Sequence record: MN794232.1 | Reading direction: 5' to 3' (one strand) | Length of the DNA: 64,000 nt | Part shown: piece after piece, positions 1 through 5,746 of the stretch | Layout of the letters: each line of letters begins with the position of its first letter | Position numbering within the stretch: position 1 is the first letter of the stretch | Notes under the pieces: model-generated | What the model was told of the DNA's origin: nothing | The model's database searches: none | The model's input: only the letters and a program-made list of their open reading frames with translations | Translations under genes and position numbers: made by a program

Positions 1-256
1 TATGTTATACTATTGGACTACGTTTGTGGAGACCACTCTTGTTTCGCACACGGATTCGCTAGATACACAAATTCTGAGCGCAGAAAATCGCTGCGTAAAA
101 TCATATCAGAATGTGTATTCGAATGTGTCATGGAAACTCTCTAAACGTTAAAATAAAAATGTTTTTGTTTGTATAATAGTACTTATAACACCAAATTTGA
201 CGATTTGCGGTATTTTCGCAGAAAATTGAAAAAAAAATCAACTTTCTGCGATTTTC

Positions 257-502
257 TTATCGACCTAGGTGTTTTCGCTTGTTCATTTCAACGAGGATTT
301 CATCGTTGTAATGACGGTTCAGTTCAACATACTTCTTGTGCTGATCTGAAGTCAACTCGTTGGTGTCATTCAGATGTTTCAAGAATCCAAGAGGTTTGCG
401 AAACGACTTGCGATATTCGTTCAGACGCTCGTCCGTTAGATTATGCAGTTGTTTCGGAGTCAGTAACGTTTTATTGATGTCAAAACTCATGTTGTACCTC
501 AC
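257..502 (-). CDS. hypothetical protein (81 aa) within the tRNA operon
   Basis: ORF track; GAGGT SD upstream of ATG; starts just 3' of the tRNA-like gene at 516-631. Confidence 0.7.
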   Translation of the reverse strand: MRYNMSFDINKTLLTPKQLHNLTDERLNEYRKSFRKPLGFLKHLNDTNELTSDQHKKYVELNRHYNDEILVEMNKRKHLGR

Positions 503-515
503 TTGTTATTAAAAT

Positions 516-631
516 TGGTAGTCGGGGCTGGATTCGAACCAGCGACCACGTGCTTAACAGGCAATTGAAGGAGTGCTGGAGCGATACTTGACAGTATCAT
601 TCTTCGTGCTCTACCACTGAGCTACCCGACT
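516..631 (-). tRNA. tRNA-Asn(GTT) scaffold with a 41-nt insertion between positions 28 and 29
   Basis: Acceptor AGTCGGG/CCCGACT, A73, encoded CCA; D arm GCTC-AGTGGTA-GAGC; T arm GCTGG-TTCGAAT-CCAGC. Removing 41 nt joins CG+TGC, which pairs perfectly with GCACG around loop CT-GTT-AA. Confidence 0.75.
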
Positions 632-636
632 ATGAA

Positions 637-1158
637 TTATTTAACTTTGAACTTCAAATTACGCCAGTCAAAGTTTCGTTTGTTCTTTGTGTTGTAGAAC
701 GTGCCCCAATCAATAGCAATCGGACAGTTCTTACTACCTACACGAGCGATAAAGACATCGTGAGTCTCGCTGTAACGCTCTCTAAGCTCTTTTAAACGCT
801 TATCGTAGTTAGCGATATACTCTGCACACGCTTTGTTGTAAGCTGCTTTAGAGAAGCGTTCGTCACTCGAAAATACATTACCCAGATAAGGTCGAATAAC
901 ACGAACTCGTTCTTTAGACCAACCCATACTAAAGCTGTTTTCAATCTCACCTGAGATTTCACCAGTCTTCTTACATCTAGCAAGAATGACCCAGCAACGT
1001 TCACGCCGAAAATCTTTTCGTACGTACACGTTAACGTGCTTGTCAATGTACTCTTGATAACGAGCGTTATACTCAGCACGCAGTTTATTGCGCACTTCAG
1101 GCGACATTGCAGCCCGTTCTTCTTTCGAAAACGCTTGTGCGAATTTCAATGGTTTCAT
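637..1158 (-). CDS. hypothetical protein (173 aa; start reassigned to MKPLKF)
   Basis: The longer track start lies inside the T arm of the upstream RNA; GAGGAA SD precedes the ATG at 1158. Confidence 0.75.
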   Translation of the reverse strand: MKPLKFAQAFSKEERAAMSPEVRNKLRAEYNARYQEYIDKHVNVYVRKDFRRERCWVILARCKKTGEISGEIENSFSMGWSKERVRVIRPYLGNVFSSDERFSKAAYNKACAEYIANYDKRLKELRERYSETHDVFIARVGSKNCPIAIDWGTFYNTKNKRNFDWRNLKFKVK

Positions 1159-1171
1159 TATAATTTCCTCT

Positions 1172-1411
1172 TGGCGCCGCTCGTGTGAATCGAACACACG
1201 TCAAACACAACACCTCGTCCACCCAATTAGAGTTTCGAAGTAAGAGCTAATCAGCATTTCGGAGCAGTCGAGCGTTATTTCTACGAGTGAGCTTTCGACA
1301 ACTCACACGCACTTTCTACCCGGTCCCAGTGATTCGGTACCAACGCAGGTTGCGAACCTACGTCTGCACTAATGCTGGGAAAACACTGCGTATTGTACAC
1401 CAGTTAGCGGC
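1172..1411 (-). ncRNA. 240-nt structured RNA with tRNA-like ends (tmRNA-like topology)
   Basis: 5' GCCGCT pairs with 3' AGCGGC-G-CCA; T arm GTGTG-TTCGATT-CACAC preceded by GAC; stemless D-like loop ACTGGTG; several internal helices; fills the gap between two ORFs. Confidence 0.7.
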
Positions 1412-1413
1412 AT

Positions 1414-1644
1414 TTAAAGATAGCTATCAAAGACAGCATCATCAACTTCTTCAATATTGATGTCAGCGTAACACTCATTCGCAATTGCTTGAATTTCATC
1501 TATTGAAACTGTACCTGCGTACAATACAACAGCGTCGTTCGGAATCACGACATCACACATGTATTTGTTAAACATTGCAGTTCTGAAATCAGAATCAACA
1601 GAGTAACCGTGCATTGATGTGATAACTAGCAATTTATGTGACAT
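1414..1644 (-). CDS. hypothetical protein (76 aa)
   Basis: ORF track; GAGG SD; directly downstream of a sigma70-type promoter. Confidence 0.75.
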   Translation of the reverse strand: MSHKLLVITSMHGYSVDSDFRTAMFNKYMCDVVIPNDAVVLYAGTVSIDEIQAIANECYADINIEEVDDAVFDSYL

Positions 1645-1674
1645 AATGTTTTCCTCGTGTAGTTGATAATGTGT

Positions 1675-1703
1675 ATACTACACGTTGATGAAACGCCTGT
1701 CAA
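1675..1703 (-). promoter_or_regulatory. sigma70-type early promoter
   Basis: TTGACA-17 nt-TAGTAT with an A-rich UP element upstream. Confidence 0.75.
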
Positions 1704-1723
1704 CAACTTTTTCAAATTATTTT

Positions 1724-1800
1724 TGGTAGCCCCTCTCGGATTCGAACCGAGAACCTGACGATTATGAGTCGTCTGCTACTACCGTTACAGCTAAGGGGCT
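1724..1800 (-). tRNA. tRNA with CAT anticodon (elongator Met or Ile2)
   Basis: Canonical 77-nt cloverleaf: AGCCCCT/AGGGGCT, GACGA-CTCATAA-TCGTC, CTCGG-TTCGAAT-CCGAG, encoded CCA. Confidence 0.92.
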
Positions 1801-2167
1801 ATCGTTCTAGAAATCTACCGACTTTAGCAGCGAAGATGTTTGCTTCTTCTGCAATCAAAGCAGTTGATTTCATTTGATGAAAAGCGTCTTGTTGATGCAG
1901 AACATCTAGTTTACCAGCGCATTTCATCAGTTCTTTTACTGATTGCATAATCTCAATGTTATCAAGCTGACTCGTGTCAGGGTGATGATTGAGACTATCC
2001 AAGACAGGGAGTACTTGTTGATAGTAACCCATGCCGATGAAGTTTATCATAAGTCTGTACTGCATTTCAACAGCAAATGTACAATATTTTCGAAGATTGC
2101 GTTTTACAATCTCACAGCGATGTAAGATACAATCAAGTTCGTCATTTATGTCATCAAACTTATTCAT
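1799..2167 (-). CDS. hypothetical protein (122 aa; start reassigned to MNKFDD)
   Basis: The track start lies in the T arm of the upstream tRNA-like gene; GAGG SD precedes the ATG at 2167. Confidence 0.75.
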   Translation of the reverse strand: MNKFDDINDELDCILHRCEIVKRNLRKYCTFAVEMQYRLMINFIGMGYYQQVLPVLDSLNHHPDTSQLDNIEIMQSVKELMKCAGKLDVLHQQDAFHQMKSTALIAEEANIFAAKVGRFLER

Positions 2168-2181
2168 AAAACCTCGAAAAT

Positions 2182-2301
2182 TGGTGGAGAGTGATGGATT
2201 TGAACCACCGACCAAAAGATTTACCAGTTAAGGTTTGCAGCATGAATGCTTGTCAGTATTCTTTAACATTCTTTTGCTCTACCAGACTGAGCTAACTCTC
2301 C
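2182..2301 (-). ncRNA. 120-nt tRNA-like RNA (Thr GGT-like loop) with expanded anticodon arm
   Basis: GGAGAGT/ACTCTCC-A-CCA; D arm GCTC-AGTCTGGTA-GAGC; T arm GGTGG-TTCAAAT-CCATC; about 45 extra nt carrying the shared module before CT-GGT-AA. Confidence 0.75.
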
Positions 2302-2306
2302 ATTGT

Positions 2307-2417
2307 ATTACTACTTTGTTTCGCTTGTCAGGGCGTCGAAACGCTACCTAACCAAGGATTCGAACCTTTTAACCAACACCTCGCGAAAATTATTTTTCTC
2401 GTTGGCAAAGTAGTAAT
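2307..2417 (-). ncRNA. 111-nt structured RNA with an internal T-loop hairpin
   Basis: Perfect 12-bp closing helix ATTACTACTTTG/CAAAGTAGTAAT; AAGG-TTCGAAT-CCTT; GCGT-TTCG-ACGC; no ORF. Confidence 0.55.
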
Positions 2418-2431
2418 GTAAAAACATATAG

Positions 2432-2554
2432 TTGCGGGTGCAGGATTCGAACCTACATCACGATCTTATGAATGATATGCGAAATTGATTGCCGTACAGA
2501 TTCTTATCAGAATCAGTTTTGTGCTACGTGTGCTACCACTTACACCAACCCGCA
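2432..2554 (-). ncRNA. fMet-like tRNA scaffold (CAT) with 50-nt insertion, no encoded CCA
   Basis: TGCGGGT/ACCCGCA-A then CTA; D arm GTGT/GCAC; CG[50 nt]ATC pairs with GATCG around an 8-nt loop ATTCATAA; acceptor extended to 15 bp (2425-2562). Confidence 0.7.
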
Positions 2555-2625
2555 ACTATATGCTTTCGGGATGCTTACGCAGGTTCTTCTCTACGTAAGC
2601 ACAGTTCCTCAATGTATATTTTGCC

Positions 2626-2790
2626 TTAGCCAATCACAACACAACCCAACCCAATATCGTGCGCTTTAATTACGGGATTGATGACCCGTTCGCATGTGAT
2701 TAGCGTAAAAGTATGATTACGCACCTTTTCTTCTTCAATGTCCAAGGCAAAGAGGACTATGAATACTAGTGCGAGAAGATATACAATCAA
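2626..2790 (-). CDS. possible small membrane protein (54 aa, TTG start)
   Basis: GAGGTG SD before TTG; hydrophobic N-terminus IVYLLALVFIVLFAL; region also has hairpins and could be non-coding. Confidence 0.35.
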   Translation of the reverse strand: MIVYLLALVFIVLFALDIEEEKVRNHTFTLITCERVINPVIKAHDIGLGCVVIG

Positions 2791-2823
2791 ATTGCTCACC
2801 TCGCTTAATAAGTGAGAGTACAT

Positions 2824-2946
2824 TGGTCGAGTGTAACGGAATCGAACCGTTCCCACGATCTCCCTATGATATGCGTAAATTGGTTGCTGAATATAATCAT
2901 GTCTGATTACAGTATGCTACGTGTGCTGCCACTACACCAACACTCG
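2824..2946 (-). ncRNA. Pro-like tRNA scaffold (AGG) with 49-nt insertion
   Basis: CGAGTGT/ACACTCG-A-CCA; D arm GTGT-AGTGGCA-GCAC; CG[49 nt]ATC-ATAGGGA-GATCG; T arm AACGG-TTCGATT-CCGTT; terminal helix extended to 21 bp (2814-2960). Confidence 0.72.
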
Positions 2947-2961
2947 ACCAATGTACTCTCG

Positions 2962-3113
2962 ATATTTTAAATGTGCGCTACTTGCACGCCGACTGAGCGA
3001 ATTTTAACTCAGCTAGTTTTTGATTGAGACCTCGTCCGCTAAGACTATTCCCTGCACGCCAGAACTTATACTGGCTCTATGTATTCATTGCGGCTAACGC
3101 ACATTTAAAATAT
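2962..3113 (-). ncRNA. 152-nt structured RNA of unknown class
   Basis: Perfect 16-bp closing helix ATATTTTAAATGTGCG/CGCACATTTAAAATAT; two internal hairpins each followed by GGCGTGCA; no ORF. Confidence 0.55.
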
Positions 3114-3114
3114 T

Positions 3115-3219
3115 ACTCATCTTCAGCGAAGAGACAGAAACGATGAGTCTAGTCTGTTTAATCAATGTTGTTCATCTTCAAGAAGAGGCGAGAACGATGA
3201 ACTCAGCTCGCTTAATCAA
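3115..3219 (-). repeat. two tandem 55-nt H-type pseudoknot repeats
   Basis: TTGATTAA-GCGAG-CTGA-GTTCATC-GTT-CTCGC-CTCTTCTTGAA-GATGAAC and TTGATTAA-ACAGA-CTAG-ACTCATC-GTT-TCTGT-CTCTTCGCTGAA-GATGAGT; stems co-vary between copies. Confidence 0.7.
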
Positions 3220-3227
3220 CTGTGTTA

Positions 3228-3255
3228 ATCTTATCAGCTTCTCAGCGAAAGTCAA
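3228..3255 (-). promoter_or_regulatory. sigma70-type promoter driving the repeat/ncRNA/tRNA operon
   Basis: TTGACT-16 nt-TAAGAT with A-rich UP element. Confidence 0.65.
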
Positions 3256-3319
3256 CATCTTTTTCAAATATTTCATCGAGTTGAAAGTTTGTTTTCTGTC
3301 TCTCGACTCGATGAAATAC

Positions 3320-3347
3320 ATTCTACATCCTTTTCAGATGAAGTCAA
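3320..3347 (-). promoter_or_regulatory. second (upstream) sigma70-type promoter
   Basis: TTGACT-16 nt-TAGAAT; followed by a long hairpin at 3269-3318. Confidence 0.65.
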
Positions 3348-3363
3348 CAACTATTTTAACTTT

Positions 3364-3627
3364 TTAAACGGAAATGATAATGCCGCTTTCAGTCTCACCT
3401 CGTTCAAGCGCAGCGTGCTTGATCTGAAGTTGTGATACTGCTTGCTGAAGTTCAATAATAGCTTTGTCATAAAGCTTGTTGTTCTCTTTAAGCAAAGCAA
3501 TCTGATCGGTCTGCATACCAATGATGTACGTTAGTAGAACAACGTTCTCATCAGTCGTCAGCGTTTCAGGCGCTTCATTGTACTTCTTCAGCACCGCTTC
3601 GGTAGATAGATCAGTCATTATTAGCAA
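3364..3627 (-). CDS. hypothetical coiled-coil protein (87 aa)
   Basis: ORF track; overlaps the end of 57B; heptad-like central region. Confidence 0.7.
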   Translation of the reverse strand: MLIMTDLSTEAVLKKYNEAPETLTTDENVVLLTYIIGMQTDQIALLKENNKLYDKAIIELQQAVSQLQIKHAALERGETESGIIISV

Positions 3628-4066
3628 CCCATTCTAGATCTAGTGGTTCGATATATTCATCGACAAGGCGAACCTCTGTATTGATGAACATAGGTGTGAT
3701 TACGTCGTCATAAGATAATGTGACGTGCGGAGTATAGTCAGGGTAATCGTGAGTACCACCGATAGAGATAAGGTCTTCGTGACGTTCTACAAGAGCAGGA
3801 CATGACATCTTAGCAACGACCGCGTGTTTACCGTCTTGCGTTTTCCAACAGTCAACTTGTTCAACAGTGGCAACGAAAGTGGTATCTACAACAGGCACAT
3901 CAATTTGCTTACGACTATAAAGCACAGTCACGTGAAATTTATCTGGATCTAACGGATTTTTTAGACGAAGCGTTTTTTGCAAGCGAACTAGCTCTTGCTT
4001 ACTTGCTTCGTCTAATTTGATACCAACGTAAGTTCCCTGACTCTCAAGGAACTTAGATAGTTTCAT
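3611..4066 (-). CDS. 57B: gp57B / Acb1-family 2H phosphoesterase (anti-CBASS cyclic nucleotide nuclease homologue)
   Basis: Two HxT motifs (FHVTVLYS, PHVTLSY), WKTQDG and EPLDLEW as in T4 gp57B; synteny 1-57A-57B. Confidence 0.9.
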   Translation of the reverse strand: MKLSKFLESQGTYVGIKLDEASKQELVRLQKTLRLKNPLDPDKFHVTVLYSRKQIDVPVVDTTFVATVEQVDCWKTQDGKHAVVAKMSCPALVERHEDLISIGGTHDYPDYTPHVTLSYDDVITPMFINTEVRLVDEYIEPLDLEWVANND

Positions 4067-4332
4067 TATTCAGCTTCTTTCTCTTTTTCGCCGTCGCCTT
4101 CTACAGGGCGTTCAGCTTTACCGGTTAGATAAGCGACTTCATCAACATAGTTCTGTAGAGAACTTGCTTTTTCTTGATCGAAGTCTAGCAGTTGAGCTAG
4201 TACACCAACGAATTGACCAAATGAATTGCGTTCAGCTTGAAGTGCTTCTTGCAAGTCAAATGTACGAACTTTCAGATCTTTGATTTGCGCTTCTTTCTGT
4301 TCGATTACTTGTTCTGGAGTTTGTTGTGACAT
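4066..4332 (-). CDS. 57A: gp57A tail fibre assembly chaperone
   Basis: 88-aa acidic coiled-coil protein between gene 1 and 57B (T4 synteny). Confidence 0.75.
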   Translation of the reverse strand: MSQQTPEQVIEQKEAQIKDLKVRTFDLQEALQAERNSFGQFVGVLAQLLDFDQEKASSLQNYVDEVAYLTGKAERPVEGDGEKEKEAE

Positions 4333-4341
4333 TTCTTCACC

Positions 4342-4980
4342 TTAAAATAATTTGTTGATTTGTTCATGTAGTTCTTCAAGAGAACCATTATTGTCTATTT
4401 GAATTGCGTCTTCAATAAAACCCAATTCAGTATCGCTAACGTGATTAGATGCAAGCGAACCTTCTCGGTTAACTTGAAGCATCGTGCCACCAAGCTCTTG
4501 TACCAATTCTAATTCGTTTTGAAAACGAACATCAGTGATTATAAACACCAAATCCGGGTTTTTAAACACTAGCTCATTGTATTTATTACGTGCGTAATTG
4601 ATCCAATGTTGTTCATCAAGCGAACGTGCAACGTCAGTGCCAGTCATTTGCAGTAAATCACGAATGCTGAACAGTTTCGTGTGAGGGAGCAACGTGTAGT
4701 AGACATAATCATAATCAGCGTCTACATTTGCGTACTCACAACAAGTCAAAACAAGTTCAATTGCTTCGTCGAGGGTAAATGTCGGGACTTCTCTATCAAA
4801 ATTGTTTTGCCCGTCGATGTCTGCATACTCATAGCCATATTCTTTCAATCCAATGTACAAACCCTCTTTAATCGGGTCTGCAAACTTGTAAATGTAAGCA
4901 TTATCACTATGAATATCTTGAATGGCTTGAGCTACAGTATCTTTGCCTGAGCGTTTTTGTCCATTTATTCCTATTATCAT
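4342..4980 (-). CDS. 1: gp1 deoxynucleoside monophosphate kinase
   Basis: P-loop IIGINGQKRSGKDT, FADPIKE, RDLLQMTGTD, ITDVRFQNE, HVSD. Confidence 0.95.
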   Translation of the reverse strand: MIIGINGQKRSGKDTVAQAIQDIHSDNAYIYKFADPIKEGLYIGLKEYGYEYADIDGQNNFDREVPTFTLDEAIELVLTCCEYANVDADYDYVYYTLLPHTKLFSIRDLLQMTGTDVARSLDEQHWINYARNKYNELVFKNPDLVFIITDVRFQNELELVQELGGTMLQVNREGSLASNHVSDTELGFIEDAIQIDNNGSLEELHEQINKLF

Positions 4981-5016
4981 AATGAGTTACCAGTCAATAG
5001 TGTGTTTCGTCTCTTG

Positions 5017-5200
5017 ATTATACGACGAAAGTGCTATCTTCTAAACATGCACCAGGCATACTAGTTTCTCTAATATTTCTAATATCTCTAACTTCACTAA
5101 AACTACTAATACTACTAAGATGATGCCCAATTTTTGGGCCTCAAATCCAATCCTGCCGCTTCGCTCTAGATTCAGATACAAAAAAGCCCCGAAAGGGGCT
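5017..5200 (-). repeat. composite intergenic element copy 1 (terminator, GCGAAGC, hairpin, 7 TTAG/CTAG units at 9-bp period, GTTTAGA-17-TATAAT promoter)
   Basis: CTAG/CTAA on plus at 5061, 5070, 5079, 5088, 5097, 5106, 5115; similar to 31051-31220 and 57351-57496. Confidence 0.8.
5180..5200 (-). terminator. intrinsic terminator after gene 3
   Basis: AGCCCC-TTTC-GGGGCT followed by a T tract on the minus strand. Confidence 0.85.
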
Positions 5201-5212
5201 TATTGCTTTTTA

Positions 5213-5746
5213 CTAACCCATATAGGGTGTGATGACTTCTTCTTTGCCATCGACTTTATGGATCATTTCAAAGTACGAGTATTCAAACTCAACATCACAC
5301 GTTACAGTTTCAACATCACCTGCTTCAGTGTAGTTCCATTCAATAGCACTTAGAGACTTTGGAAACGCATTGACAAAGCGATACGTTGCAACAATCTTGT
5401 CTTTGTTATTGTCTAAAACATGAAGCAACATAGTAACTGGAACAATCCCGTCACTTGTACTAGCACCAGTTGGGTTATTCATAGTGATTAACCACTTGTA
5501 TAACTCAGCATACGTACGCATTTCTTCATCGACTAGAAACTGAATAGACAGGTCATCGTAAGATGTACCAGAACCTGCTACATGGTTGTTTGCTAGTTTG
5601 GCATACTTGGGACCTCGTGTAATACTTGCAATTTCCATATTAACACCCGGGATAGTGGCAGTTTGAATCTGCCACTGGAACGTTTGTGTTGCGTTATTAT
5701 CTGGGATGTCGATTCGGAAATTATTCTTCATCGTCAAGTTTTTCAT
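5213..5746 (-). CDS. 3: gp3 tail tube terminator / tail completion protein
   Basis: NNFRIDIPD, QTATIPGV, YDDLSIQFLVDEEMRTY, CDVEFEYSYF. Confidence 0.92.
   Translation of the reverse strand: MKNLTMKNNFRIDIPDNNATQTFQWQIQTATIPGVNMEIASITRGPKYAKLANNHVAGSGTSYDDLSIQFLVDEEMRTYAELYKWLITMNNPTGASTSDGIVPVTMLLHVLDNNKDKIVATYRFVNAFPKSLSAIEWNYTEAGDVETVTCDVEFEYSYFEMIHKVDGKEEVITPYMG

Noticed and set aside
60-260. Repeated GAAAATCGC/GCAGAAAAT motifs and an A-tract hairpin near the window start
   Set aside because: Short, irregularly spaced and truncated by the window edge; nothing can be supported.
169-477. 102-aa plus-strand ORF
   Set aside because: Antisense to the better supported 257-502 ORF and starts in A-tract intergenic sequence without an SD.
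540-606. Archaeal bulge-helix-bulge splice motif at the tRNA insert junctions
   Set aside because: I could not draw a 3-4-3 BHB at the junctions by eye.
1226-1258. Hammerhead-like core CTGATTA-G...C-GAAAC inside the 240-nt RNA
   Set aside because: G8 is replaced by U, stem II has only one pair, and no stem I can be formed at the candidate cleavage site.
1172-1411. Calling the 240-nt RNA a canonical tmRNA (ssrA)
   Set aside because: No G3:U70, discriminator is G, it is shorter than typical tmRNA, and it has no convincing tag frame.
1159-2215. Track start codons at 1197 and 2215
   Set aside because: They fall inside T arms of RNA genes; downstream ATGs (1158, 2167) have good SD sequences.
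3115-3219. CRISPR mini-array, or HDV-like/theta ribozyme, for the 55-nt repeats
   Set aside because: There are no spacers between identical repeats and no cas genes. The HDV fold needs a P3/L3 hairpin where only GTT is present, and the units are not at a tRNA 3' end.
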